A DNA stretch of 64,000 nt from the human T2T-CHM13v2.0 reference genome, Homo sapiens (GCA_009914755.4 CP086569.2:800001-864000); one strand, 5' to 3'. Shown: positions 1 through 18,098, counted from the stretch's first letter. Numbers and translations are program-made. The notes: generated by a model from the sequence alone, not told the origin.

Positions 1-32
<32 letters not shown>
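1..32. repeat. (AGAT)8 tetranucleotide microsatellite
   Basis: Perfect agat x8 at the window start. Confidence 0.9.
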
Positions 33-1106
33 TTTATTAGTTCTGTTCCTCTAGAGAACCCTGATTAATACAGGTAGAAACGGGTGAGGTAGTGTGAGTG
101 CCTCACTCAAGTGAAGGTGCCCTGTCCACAGCAGGGTAGGAAGAGGCTGTGGGCATCACAGACCACAGACCGGGTGTGAGATCTGGCAGCCAAGGACTTC
201 AAGGCAGATACAACCAGCTTTATGCGGTATCTGCCAATGGGAAGGGGTAGGATGAGGCAAGGTCGCCACCCGGAACAGAGACCCACGTCCACAAAACAGG
301 GGCAAAATTGGGAAAAGCCAGCAGTGACGCGATTGAAAGCCACGTTTTTATTGCACTGGCAGATATGATTTAAATAGGGGTGCGATGAGAATACGTTCAA
401 AGGAATCATTTTATTTAGGAGTAGGATGTGAGGGAGGACTCTTGGGCATTTGGATGTCGAGAGACAGAGAGAAAGAAATATTTTCAGGGGACATTTTGAA
501 AGGAGACTTATTAATAATTCAAGGGGCAAAGGCGTTCCAAGCTGTACCTGGAAAGTATTTTAAGCCAAACTACAGCCTACACTAAAGAACGGTTTCCAGC
601 CTGTTATCTGACTTGCTACCAAAAATACATTTAAAGTAGAAATTTGGAGGCTGGTCCTCTTGAAATGCGGTGCAAATTGCTCCCCAATTTTTATATTAGA
701 CGCAGAGAGAGACACTTATGAGGCAGTCTCGCCAACATAAGATATTAGAGAAAAAATTGGAAAGAGCAGTGTAGGATATTTCCCTCAACAAGGTTGCAAG
801 CAAAGATGGATGTATTTGCAAATAAGAAATTTATGAAATACTGTTGCAAAGCTCATGTTTGCAAGGCGTCTCCACCCACAACGGGGTCTCGAGACAAAGA
901 GAGTAGGTCTCAGCACCAAGCCCTCTGCTCATGTTGTTTGGAACGGCGCCATTGGTTTTCTTTGTGTTTCTGTTTTGTATTATAGTGTACGATGGCTCCC
1001 TGGCCTCTCTGGGTCTCTCAGGGAACCAAGCGTCCACTGTGCCCAAGAAGGAAAAAGGAAAAAAGTGGACTGGACCTTCTCTGTCCTCTCTAGACCTCTG
1101 GATAAC

Positions 1107-2025
1107 AGGTGTCCCTCAAGGGTCCCAAGGGGTGAGCAAAGTCAGTGTTTTCCAATCTTCAAACCAGAGCAGATACCATGGATTCCTCAAAGGCCCCAAG
1201 GGGTGAGCAAAGTCAATGTTTTCCAATCTTCAAACCAGAGCAGATACCATGGATTCCTCAAAGGCCCCAAGGGGTGAGCAAAGTCAGTGTTTTCCAATCT
1301 TCAAACCAGAGCAGATACCATGGATTCCTCAAAGGCCCCAAGGGGTGAGCAAAGTCAATGTTTTCTGCTCTTCAAACCAGGCCGGATTCCACGAGTCCCT
1401 CAAGGGTCCCAAAGGGTGAGCAAAGTCAACATTTCACAATCTTCATACCAGACCGGATACCACAAGTCCCTCAAGGATCTCAAAGGGTGAGCAAAGTCAA
1501 TGTTTTCCAATCTTCAAACCAGGCCGGATATCACGGGTCCCTCAACGGTCCCAAGGGGTGAGCAAAGTCAATGTTTTCCAATCTTCAAACCAGACCAGAT
1601 GCCATGGATCCCTCAAGGGTCCCAAGGGGTGAGCAAAGTCAATGTTTTCCAATCTTCAAACCAGACCAGATGCCATGGATCCCTCAAGGGTCCCAAGGGG
1701 TGAGCAAAGTCAATGTTTTCCAATCTTCAAACCAGACCAGATGCCATGGATCCCTCAAGGGTCCCAAGGGGTGAGCAAAGTCAATGTTTTCCAATCTTCA
1801 AACCAGGCCAATACCACGGGTCCCTCAGGGGTCCCAAGGGGTGAGCAAAGTCCATGTTTTCTGCTCTTCAAACCAGGCCAAATACCACGAGTCCCTCAAG
1901 GATCCCAAGGGGTGAGCAAAGTCCATGTTTCACAATCTTCAAACCAGACCAGATACCACGGGTCCCTCAAGGGTCCCAAGGACTGAGCATAGTCAATGTT
2001 TTCCAATCTTCAAGCCAGAAGATGC
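1107..2025. repeat. Minisatellite, 71-bp unit, about 13 copies
   Basis: Recurring unit 'caaaggccccaaggggtgagcaaagtcaatgttttccaatcttcaaaccagagcagataccatggattcct'; the ORF-track starts recur every 71 bp (1145, 1216, 1287, 1358, 1500, 1571, 1642). Confidence 0.85.
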
Positions 2026-2529
2026 CACCATATTGATTGGCCAATTCTCTTGGACTCAGCAAAGCATCTTCCTTAATAACCTTTCCCTCTCTACATCTAA
2101 AACAAAGGAATCCATGGCCTTCAACCACAGACCCTCCTTCCCCAGAGTGACCTCTCTACACTGGAGTGTCTATCTTGGTGTCCAGCCTAGAGATAATGGT
2201 CCTGTGGGAATTTAGCTGAAATCTCATAGCAAGAAGAGTGAATGTGGAGACCTTGGTCCCTTCCTGATTCTTCCAAGAAAATGGCAGATGGGTGAGGCTT
2301 CCAAGAGGAAGAACTGACCTCATCCATCTACCCTTTTCTCCTTCAAGATGAACACGCTCAAGCAATGGTGGTCTGGAATGTCTTGGGATTGTTTTGTTGG
2401 AAGGAGCATTAGAGGTGGAAGCTCTCTCAAAACAAAGAGGAACATGACTCAGGAAAACAAAGCAAGTCCTTCAAAGTCAGACACTCAAGTGTCTTGGCTC
2501 TGAGCCTAGCATCTTTGCCTCCACCCTGA

Positions 2530-2833
<304 letters not shown>

Positions 2834-2848
2834 TGAGACTTTTCTTAG

Positions 2849-3245
<397 letters not shown>

Positions 3246-3472
3246 CAGGTTCATTCTCTTTTAAGAGACAGAAACACAGCTGAGGTTCTCCCTGGAAACC
3301 TCCTGGTCACTACAGACCCTCCTTCCCCAGAGCAACTTCTCTGTATTGGAGTGTTTTTCCTGCACCTCCGTTCTTAACACGTTCAAGGCTGATATATCAA
3401 CAAGCAACATTCAGGATTGCTTTGTGCGTGTCACAAAAGCCACACGGATGAGAAAGAAGCTAGTCTAAAAGC

Positions 3473-3756
<284 letters not shown>

Positions 3757-4069
3757 CTACAGGATTCCAATAATAGAATATGGTAGAAGAGGTCAAACTG
3801 TGGAGATGGTGAAAAGATGTGTGGTTGCAAAGAGTGAGGATGCAGTGATGGATAGGAGGGGAGTGGAGGCTTTTCAGGGCAGTGAAAGTATTCTGTGGAA
3901 TCTTACAGTGGTGGATGTGTGGCATTATATCTTTGTTCAAACCCAGAGACCAGCTGTCTTCAGCCTTTTTGGCATCGGGAACCAGTTTTGTGGAAGATAA
4001 TTTTTCCATGGATTGGTGCTGGGATGGTTTTGGAAGGATTCAGGTACATTGCATTGATTGTCCAATGCT

Positions 4070-4436
<367 letters not shown>

Positions 4437-4607
4437 TATTTTAATCCTTATTTTTACTTATTATTAAGTCCAATGTGTCTGGCACTATACCCTAGAAAGG
4501 ATCCTTTCCAAAATAGTGGAATTAATATCTCAGAACATGTGCTTGCTTCAGCAGCACATAAGCTATATTAATATCTCAGAACACATTGCCTAGTAAAATA
4601 GAAGTAA

Positions 4608-5189
<582 letters not shown>

Positions 5190-5202
5190 TAAAACAAGCC
5201 TA

Positions 5203-5503
<301 letters not shown>

Positions 5504-7219
5504 TCCATTTAAGGTACATTGCACTTGTCTCCAAAATGCAAATGGAGGTGAAGTCTGTATACTGACCTGGTTTCCCTATATTCATTGTAAACATTTTTGT
5601 TAAACATCTACATCCCTGCCAAGAATTTTAATTGTCCTAGAAATTACACATGGTAACTTAAGGTTATAAAAATCTTAGTAAAATTAAAACGTAGATCCCT
5701 CTTCAGGAAAAAGAAACAGAAATCTCACTCAACTCTCAGGCACGGATATTATTGAAAAAGCAAACCACATAGTTATATGTAATATTTTAAATAAGAACCA
5801 TCTGCCTATAATAAAGCTAAAATAAGACAGAGCTCAGATAAAACAGAATATTCCTTTATTAAAAAAAATGTTTGCAAGAAAAGTTTGCATGTCTAAACAC
5901 CTCCCAAAATACTTGCTTTATAATAGTTAATATCTTTTGTATTATACCACGTTGGAGAAAGTTGCAGGCATTAAAATTCAGCGCATTAATTTTCTCTCCC
6001 TGAAAGCCTTCTGGCCAATTATAGACAAGCTCACGGGGCCGACACGTGGGTAAATTCACTTAGTCTCCCTATGTAGGTATTTCTGCTTTCTGTAATACAC
6101 CATGTGGCATTGATACTATTGATCTCATGTTATTAGATATATTAAAACTCCAAAACTACTTTGGAAAATATAATCATTCTGCAAGTTTTCAGAAACTTAA
6201 GAACTTGAAAACCAACAGCAACCCACACCCTTGAACATTTGGCAAAATTGAATTCTCAGTTATGAATAAGATTGTCTCTCGTTTTCCCCAGAAAAGCTCA
6301 CAGAAACGTCTGCCCGTTTCTAGTAACAGCTGGTAAACCCGACCATAAAAGTCATTCCTAGAAGCAGCACTTAAAGGGACAGTATTGTCTTTGGGATAAA
6401 ATTTCTTCTGGAAAAAAAAAAAGTGCTCTAGGAAATGTTTGAAATATCTCCAAAGAGTTGATTGATCCATATGCTGGGAGTTAATAATTTCTGTGATGTA
6501 AAGTTATCGTGGCATATGAAGAAAAAGGAAAACGGAACCAGGAAAGCATTTTAAATTATTATAATTATATCTGTCCATCACAAATTAAGAGGAAATTGTA
6601 AACCCTCCCGAAATAGAGGGGGAGCTGCTAAAATCAATTCCTCATTTTCTTCTGTTTCTCTCACATTCAAACTTCAATGAACAAAGTCTCGGGGCTTTGA
6701 AAAGTCAAATTGAATACAATCCAATTAGGATGAATTTGGCCTTTCATTTGCGGTTCAGAGCTGTGTTTCTATGACCGGGTTTATGAACCCAGAGAGATCG
6801 TACAAATTAACCTTAATTACACGGTGTTTGGGGTAACCATATAAACAGCAACCTCTTCAATGGGCTTCATGTTTGCAAATGTGCCAATGGTAAGAGGTGG
6901 GCTCCACACGGGGGCAGAGGGTTGTGTCCAGAGTCTGATCTCTCCTTTGGCATCCTCAAGCAAAAGGTTTCTGGTCACAACTGCAGCTTTCTCAGGGGAG
7001 CCACCTGGTTTCTGAAGAGGGCTGGCCCAGTATGCTCTGGTGACCTTCGGGGGTTGGGGAGAGAGACTACCCTTCACATCTGTGTTATGTGCTTCTACAG
7101 CCTCCTGCCCTGGGGTCATTCTCCTCCCTGCCCTTCTCAAGATGCTCAAGAACCCATCCATGTGCCTTCTGCTCTAAGACCGTGATGAAGGGTTCTGTTT
7201 AATGCAGCAAACATATTGC

Positions 7220-8555
7220 CATCCGTTCATCCATTAATGCACTGATCAATCAATTCATTGATCCATCCATCCACTCATCTCTTTACCCACACATCCACTC
7301 ATCCATTTATTTATGTGTCCAGCCACCTATTCACCCATCCACCTACCCATCCATAGACTCATCCACCCATCCATCCACTTATCTATCTATCCATCCACCC
7401 ATCTGTCCATCCATCCATTCATCCACCCTTCCATCCATCTGTCCATCCATTAATCCATCCATCTATGTACCATTCCACTCATCCATCCATCCATTCATCC
7501 ATCCACCCTCCCATCTATCTGTCCATCCATTTATCTACCATTCCATCCATCCATTCATCCACCCACCCATCCATCCATTCCTCCACTCTCCCATCTATCT
7601 GTCCATCCATCCATCCACCCACCCATCCATTCATCTACTTACACATTTATCTATCCACCCATCCACTCATTCATCCATATTTCCACCCATCCATCTATCC
7701 ATTCATCCATCCACCCATTCATCCACACACACACCCATATATTCATTCACTCCCCCGTTTATTCATCCATTTATTCATCCATCCACTCACCCACCCATTC
7801 ACCCTCCCATCCATCCTTCAATCCCCTCATCCATCCATTCATTCAGCCAGACAGCCACCTACACATCTATCCATCCATCCATCCATTCATCAATCCATCT
7901 ATCCATCTATCCATCCATTCATCCATCCATTCATCCACCCTCCCATTCATTCATCCATCCATCTATCTAGCATTCCATCCATCCATCCATCCATCCATCC
8001 ATCCACCCATCCATCCATTCATCCACCTTCCCATCTATTCATCCATCCATCTATCTATCATTCCATCCATCCATCCATCCACCCTCCCATCTATCTATCC
8101 ATCCATTCATCCATCCACTTATCTACCATTTCATTTATGCATCCATCCATCCACCCATCTATTCATCCATCCAGCCACCTCCATCTATCCATCCATCCAT
8201 GCATCCATTCATCCATCCATTCATCTACCCTCTCATCCATCCATCCACCTACATGTTTATCCATCCATCCATCCACTCATTCATCCATCTTTCCACCCAT
8301 CCATCTATCCATTCATCCATCCACTCATTCATCCACCCACATGCCCACACATTCATTCACCCTCCCATTTATTCATCCATCATTAATCCATCCACCCACC
8401 AATTCACCCTCCCATCCATACATCCATCCCCTCATCCATCCATTCATCCAGCCAGCCAGCCACCTACCCATCTGTCCATCCATCCATCCATCCACCCATT
8501 CATTCATCCATCCATCAATCCATCCATCCATCCGTCCATCCTTCCTTCACTCACT
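7220..8555. repeat. Compound tetranucleotide satellite, degenerate (CATC)n/(ATCC)n with CATT/CACC variants, about 1.3 kb
   Basis: Continuous 'ccatccatccattcatccatccacc...'; the 394-aa ORF 7465..8649 (HPSIHPSI...) is a repeat artefact. Confidence 0.9.
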
Positions 8556-8984
8556 GAGAGATGAACGAAACATACCCCTCTGCCCAAGAAGAGCTCACTA
8601 TCCCCTGGGGAAGCTGATTATCATGGAGGTGTGTGGGCAAATTGAATGACGCCAACAAGGTCATTGGACACAGAGGAGCAGCCCCAGAAGCCGTGTGGGA
8701 GAGGGAGAATCATGAAGCCATAACCCAGTTTGAGCCACTTAAAGAGGACTTCTGCAACATAATCACGCAAAAACAGGTAACTTCCAGTGGGCGTCCCTTA
8801 CAGTATCCCCATCAGGGAGGTACTATTTGCAATTTTACAAGATTGATTTAAAATAAACCTAAGGAAACCGCACAAGCAACCAACAAACAGGTGTCTCCTT
8901 GCTTTCAATGCAGCTAAGGTGTCCTTGAGCCACAATGAGGATGCCCTGCCTTTATATTCAGCTGTAGGCAGCACGTGACGATGG

Positions 8985-10031
8985 AAGCCGTCCATCTGTC
9001 CATCCATTCATGCATCCATCTATCTACCATTCCATCCATGCATCCATCTATCTACCATTCCATCCATGCATCCATCCACGCATCCATCCATGCATCCATC
9101 CATCCATGCATCCATCCATCATCTATCTACCATTCCATCCATGCATTCATCCATGTATCCATCCATGCATCCATGCATCCATCCATCCATTCATGCATCC
9201 ATCTACCATTCCATCCATGCATTCATCCATGCATTCATCCATGTATCCATGCATCCATGCATCCATCCATCCATCCATCCATCCATCCATCCATCTATCT
9301 ACCATTCCATCCATGCATCCATCCATCCATGAATCCACACATCCATCCATCCATCTATCTACCATTCCATCCATCCATGGATCCATCCATGCATCCATCC
9401 ATCCATTCATCCATCCATCTACCTACCATTCCGTCCATGTATCCATCCATGCATTCATACATGAATCCATGCATCCATCCATGCATCCATCCATCCATTC
9501 ATCCATCCATCTAACATTCCATCAATCTATCTACCATTCCATCCATGCATCCATCCATGCATCCATCCATTCATTCATCCCTCCATCTACCATTCCATCC
9601 ATCTATCTACCATTCCATCCATGCATCCATCCATGCATCCATCCATTCATTCATCCCTCCATCTACCATTCCATCCATCTATCTACCATTCCATCCATGC
9701 ATCCATCCATGCATTCTTCCATGCATCCATCCATCCATTCATCCATCCATCTACCTACCATTCCATCCATGCCTCCATCCATGCATTCGTCCATGAATCC
9801 ATGCATCCATCCATGCATCCATTCATCCATTCATCCATCCACCTAGCATTCCATCCATCTATCTACCATTCCATTCTTGCATCCACCAATGCATCTATCC
9901 ATCCGTTCATCTGTCCATCCATCTACCATTCCATCCATCTATCTACCATTCCATCCATGCATCCATCCATGCATCCATCCATGAGTCCATGCATCCATCC
10001 ATCCATCCATGCATCCATCCATCCATCCATC
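8985..10031. repeat. Second (CATC)n/(CATG)n compound array, about 1 kb
   Basis: 'catccatgcatccatccatgcatcc...'; several overlapping repeat-artefact ORFs on both strands. Confidence 0.9.
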
Positions 10032-11460
10032 TTGTCTTTATCCCACCAAGACTCTACAGAGACACCCGTCTGCAGAGTGGGTAAAGAGAAACTAACTTCT
10101 CCCTGGGGCTTTCCCAAGAGGTATGGCCGGAGTGCAGACACGTCAGTTATGCAGTCAATGCTGAGTGAGTTGACTCAGTCAACGCTGAGTGAGGGGCCAT
10201 GTAGTCCACACCACGCAGTCAGCCCTGAGTGGGGAGTAAGAGGGAGAGCACCTTGAGGACAAAACATTAAGCATTGTGCACATCTTCACATCTCTCTGAA
10301 ATATGGCTTCACCCAGGATGACCTGACACCAGGACATTCTGCTCTCAGGTGCCATGTTGGTGTCATAGAAAGGGAATCAGTTAAAATCATGAACATTCCA
10401 GGCGTCCGCTTTTATTCTAAGAATATAGCACTCCATTTGAAAAGAAACAAGGTCCTCCACCTTTCTGTTCTGGGAGCCTTTAACTCTGGAGATCTTCCTT
10501 TGCACATATACTAGTGGGCTTGCTTCTGTCCCTTTCTGGGTATCTCCACACAGTCGCCCTTGGAGAGACCAAACGCCTGGCAGCTGGTGTAGTTTCCTGT
10601 TGGGTCACAGAGTCTTCCTCCCCAATAGAGCCGCCGTCACCCCTCTCCTGACAGCTCAGGGCTGCTGACCAGCTCACACGGGTCTCTCCTGAATTCATTG
10701 CCCTCCCTTCCAAGCCGTGCTGTATTTTAATGTACTTTTTCAAGGAGTTTATGATCTCTGCTGCTTTCATAGCATCTGTCAAGAGTATCAAACTGTGGTC
10801 CCCTCTTTGAGTTAATAAAGCTACAGTACAATAGTGCATGGGTATCAGAGGTCTGTAGACCTTTCTCACGACTTACCAACCTGACATGAAATCATTAATG
10901 ATTACTCCACCGTCCTTGAGTTTTTAGACGGTTGCTGTATAATGATCCTTCCCTTCCTACCTTTTTCTGGTTTCTTGATGAGATGGTTATCTGGGGCTCT
11001 GTCAGGTCCTAATGGAATTCAACCGGACTGGATTCACGTTTTCCTTCCCGGCGCTGGCTCCGTTGATTTTCTCGTCATGAAATAAAATAATTGCTTTGAC
11101 AGGATTCAGGTGAGAATTCCAAACATATGGCTTATTATTTAATAATGGTTTCACCGAAGGCTCTATTAAGTAACCCAAATGTAGTCAGGTTTAGATGAGC
11201 CTTTAAATCTTCGATTTTGAAACTAAATGGTACTAATTATTCGAGTGACAAAATAAGCCAGACCTGTCAGCTTCGAAGTTTAAAAATAATACTCAGGCAG
11301 ACCCAATTGGTGAGCGGGTCTAATGGATATTGATTGATTATGTCCTGTTTCCATCCACTTCCCATTGTGTCTTAGAGGCATTTTACCTCTGGGTGTGGGT
11401 GATGGAAGAGAGGCTTTTTCTACTGAAGGCTGCTTGGTAGTGTAGACAAAAGAGAGTTTA

Positions 11461-11633
11461 GGGCCAGGTGGGGTGGCTCACGCCTGTAATCCCAGTACTT
11501 TGGGAGGCTGAGGCAGGTGGATCACAAGGTCAGCAGTTTGAGACCAGCCTGGCCAACATGGTGAAACCCCATCTTTACTAAAAATACAAAAATTAGCCAG
11601 GTGTGGTGGCGGGCACCTGTAGCCCCAGCTACT
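11461..11633 (+). mobile_element. Alu fragment (left monomer and linker)
   Basis: 'gggccaggtggggtggctcacgcctgtaatcccagtactttgggaggctgaggcaggtggatcacaaggtcag...'. Confidence 0.75.
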
Positions 11634-11675
11634 AGGTATTTTGTATTTGTATTTGTATTTTTAGCCATGATTGTT

Positions 11676-12290
11676 TGCTGTACCCATCAACCCATCATCT
11701 AGGTTTTAAGCCCCACATGCATTAGGTATTTGTCCTAATGCTCTCCCTCTGCCTGCCCCCCAATCCCCCAACAGGCCCCAGCGTGTAATATTTCCCTCCC
11801 TATGTCCATGTGTTCTCATTGCTCAACTCCCACTTATGAGTGAGAACATGCGGTGTTTGGTTTTCTGTTCTTGTGATAGTTTACTGAGAATGATGGTTTC
11901 CAGCTTCATCCATGTCCCTGCAAAGGACACGAACTCGTCCTTTTCTATGGCTGCATAGTATTCCATGGTGTCTATGTGCCACATTTTCTTTCTCCAGTCT
12001 TTCACTGATGGGCATTTGGGTTGGTTCCAAGTCTTTGCTATTGCAAACAGTGTTATGATGTACATATGTGTGCATGTGTCTTTATAGTAGAATGACTTAT
12101 AATCCTTTGGGTATGTACCCGGTAATGAGATTGCTGGACCAAATGTTATTTCTGGTTCTAGATCCTTGAGGAATTGCCACACTGTCTTCCACAATGGTTG
12201 AACTAATTTACACTCCCACCAACAGTGTAAAAGCCTTCCTATTTCTCCACATCCTCTCCACCATCTGTTGTTGCCAGTCAGCAAGTTTTT
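11676..12290 (-). mobile_element. L1 (LINE-1) ORF2 C-terminal / 3' fragment
   Basis: Antisense L1 landmarks 'caactcccacttatgagtgagaacatgcggtgtttggttttctgttc...tggctgcatagtattccatggtgtctatgtgccacattttc'; the minus-strand ORF 11823..12284 translates to the L1 ORF2p C-terminus (...HIDTMEYYAAIEKDEFVSFAGTWMKLETIILSKLSQEQKTKHRMFSLI). Confidence 0.85.
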
Positions 12291-12953
12291 GATTCAGGTC
12301 CTCTTTCGTAAAGTTGCCAGCAGAAAAACTTGGACTTACCCCTGGTGCCCTTTGATCTCTGCAGATTCCTCTGTTATTTGGAGGACAAACAATGCCAAGG
12401 TCAGAAAACTCCCACACCTCTGTGACAGCAGGGACATTAGTGTTTAGAAAAAGATTGTCTGTTTATGGGGAAAGTGCAGTGGAAAGAAACCTCATGCATG
12501 TAGGGGTGTCTCTGTGTAGGAATAAAAGCAGCTCGGTCTAAATAGAGCATGACTTCTGCATCCTGGAAAACAGCCTCAGCTCTCTGTTTTCTTCAAAGGC
12601 GACCGTCGTCTTTGTAATCCCAGCCACACCACCTGAGTTTCCTTCCTGGCTGAGCATTCCTTCCTGTCATCGAGAACCCTGAAATAACCCCAGTCTTTCC
12701 TTGAGTCCTGGTCTCTTGTTATTAATCAGAGAAGCTTTGCAACGCACCTGCTTGGTGGCGAAGACACGCGGAGTGGCCATGGGAAGACGCCTGAGGAATT
12801 CCAAGGAATAGACATTCTGGTAGATGCTACATTCGTGCCCTGCTCCGGTGTTAATATTTTGGGATGGATCTTATAATGAGGAGTGATTCCAGTAACGCAG
12901 AGGTGTGTTTATAGCAGCTGCATACGACGACCCTCTCTCTCTTTAGCGAGCGG

Positions 12954-13449
12954 AGCTGTTACTTCCCATTCCCAGCCATTTGAGTTCCATAACCAGAGAC
13001 TTTCCAGTATTTTACCTGCCATGCACTTCCAGGGAATGGGCTGTGTTTATGTGCATAGGATATCCGCGAGCTTTCAGAAGAACCCTAATGGACAAATGGC
13101 CAACTAAATCCTCTTCCACCTTGCTTATTTTTGTGCCTGAAATGGGTGAGGCAGGTCTTTCTTCTGTATCTAGTTTTTGACACAAATCCTTCTGAATGCA
13201 ACGCTGTTACTTCCCATTCCCAGCCATTTGAGTTCCACAACCAGAGACTTTCCAGTATTTTACCTGCCACGCACTTCCAGGGAATGAGCTGTGTTTATGT
13301 GCGTAGGATGTCCGCGAGCTTTTGGAAGAATCCTGATGGACAAAGGGCCAACTAAATCCTCTTCCACTTTGCTTATTTTTGTGCCTGAAATGGGTGAGGC
13401 AGGTTTTCCTTCTGTATCCAGTTTTTGACACAAATCCTTCTGAATGCAA
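12954..13449. repeat. Tandem duplication, 248-bp unit x2
   Basis: 'gctgttacttcccattcccagccatttgagttcca...ccttctgaatgcaac' present twice head-to-tail; the ORF pair 12883 and 13131 is offset by 248 bp. Confidence 0.85.
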
Positions 13450-15189
13450 CGCTGTCTTTGCACAGAATCCCCCACCCTTCCCTCTTTTTTTCCCCCCAGT
13501 TTGAGTTCTAACGATAAATAAACAGCGCCGTTTACAAACATGCCTTTTTAATTGAGGGAAAATCTGTGGTCATCAGGCTTCAGTGCTCAGTCAGGCAATT
13601 GCCTCCTTCCTCTATAAACTCAGCTGAAAATCAATTTTATTCAGACATGTGCATGGTCCTTCCCCCCCTCCCTCACTCAGTGCCTCAAAAATACATACAG
13701 CGAAAATGAAGCCATATGAAAATGAACTGTTCTATACGAAATATCTTCCCCCTGCTTCTGGGATGTCTCTCGGTTGTGTGCAGCGCGGCCCAGCCTGCCG
13801 GCCGCATAATAAGTGAGCTATGCAGGCTCATGAATTCTCGCCTGATTTTCCTCTGCTACAAATGCACCTAGATGACAGATCAACAATTTGAATTAAACCT
13901 TTCCTTATAGTCCTACCGATTTTTTTTTAATCTCACCACGGGCCAATAAAACCATTGTGGAACATTTGTTCCTGTCCAAAAAAAAAAAAAAAAAAAAAAA
14001 AGCACTTTGATTCAAAATAAAATGCAGGCACGGTTTACCAGAACATTTTTATCTCGCTTTGAAGAGCCACCGAAGAAAAAAGATCCCACAGCTATACCTG
14101 TTTGTTAGATGGTCTAGCAAAAAAGAAGCAATTTGCCCATGCAAACTTTTATGTTTCTGAGATGCTTTTTCTGCCTGCGGTTTGAGTATTTTCACTGAAT
14201 ATGAGGGCAAAATAATTGCATTTCAGCCGTGATGAACTTTAACACACACTCTAAATATTAGAATTCCTTAGGATGTTTAGGGGAGTTTATTTTTAGTTTC
14301 CGTCCTTAAACAAAGCCCCACGCTCTGTTCTGCCACAATGTGGACTTGATTAGTTAAAAATAGCCTGGAAACATTTCTAATGAAATTAAAATAGCGACGG
14401 TCACCTCCTCTTCATGTACCCTTCAGTATTGTCTAACATGTACCTTTGTAGATTTCGTTCCCAAATAAATTAGAAGAGTCATCATCAATAAAAAAAATGT
14501 GTGGAAGATGCAAATCCCGAGATGAAAATCATTTAGCATTTTTCTAAGTTTAGAACCCAGGGAGAGAGAATAGCAGTATCTGGTTGCTTCAGAAGCTTTT
14601 CTCTTGCAGGGAATGGGGGGGACAGGGGATTTGGAAAAACGACACCCCAGACTCTATTTCCAGTCTATGCCCCAGTGGGTACAGTTGCTGGGGTATTTTC
14701 TCTTCCTGGTGTCATTGCAGGGGACGCTGGAGAGATCTTGCAAGCTGACCTCCACAAGGAAGAGCATAGGTTTTAAAGACGGAACAAAACAAGTAGGATT
14801 TAAAGATGGAACAAAACAAGTAGGATTTCTAAGGCAGTTACCCCTTTGCCTTAATTTCACCAGGCAGGGAACACTGGATACAATTAAAACATTGTCTCAA
14901 GATAAATGCACAGCTGGCTTTTTTCATCCACATGTGCACCTGCCAGGGGCTTGAGCTTGCAAATGCTGCAAATGCCGGGTTGTATTTATGCAACTGCCGC
15001 CTCCTCCCAAGCCTTTCCGAAGCCGACCTGTCCTGTGTTCAGCCCCAGCGTCTATGCTATTAGACAGATGAGGGATATTTTTCCATCATAAGCCCCCAGA
15101 CGGCACCGGATACTGTCTCCTGAACTCTCCCAACTTGGGGATCCTGGAGGAATGTTTTTAATGGATGCGGCTTGCCTGTGCATGGCTAA

Positions 15190-16760
<1,571 letters not shown>

Positions 16761-16782
16761 TAACATGCATAAAAACACGCTA

Positions 16783-17067
<285 letters not shown>

Positions 17068-17234
17068 CTATTTCCATTTCTCGACATCTGTGGCCGTGGA
17101 GTGACTGAGTACAGGCAGATGATACTCAAGAAATGTGCCTGTTGTTTATAGCAGAAGTGACTGCCATTTGCTAAAGTTTCCGTGTCCACCCAATGTGAGT
17201 ATCCTTGCAGAAGCCGCATACACTACGGAGGTCA

Positions 17235-17879
<645 letters not shown>

Positions 17880-17895
<16 letters not shown>

Positions 17896-18098
17896 ATATG
17901 CATATATATGTGTGTATATATACGTATATATGTGTATATGTATATATATACGTATATGTGTATATATACATATATACATGTATATGTGTGTATATACGTA
18001 TATATACATATGTACGTATATATACACACATATATATCATATATACATACATGTATATATACATACATATATATACATATATAAATATATATATATGG
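17880..18098. repeat. Compound (TATG)/(TATA)/(CATA)n microsatellite
   Basis: 'gccatatatatatgccatatgcatatatatgtgtgtatatatacgtatatatg...'. Confidence 0.85.

Noticed and set aside
7465-10256. Long ORFs (394, 278, 211, 179 aa and others) rich in H/P/S/I across the (CATC)n arrays
   Set aside because: Their periodic translation comes from stop-free tetranucleotide repeats read in frame, with ORFs open on both strands and in several frames. There is no gene-like sequence.
10480-10869. 129-aa minus-strand ORF in unique sequence (also 107..529, 6817..7161 and 40749..41135)
   Set aside because: There is no recognisable domain and no splice or codon-periodicity signal I can verify by eye. The size is consistent with chance ORFs in roughly 50% GC DNA. 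This cannot be supported without homology or expression data.
11823-12284. 153-aa minus-strand ORF with a clean protein-like sequence
   Set aside because: It is the C-terminal end of L1 ORF2p inside a truncated L1 fragment. It is a transposon remnant, not a cellular gene.
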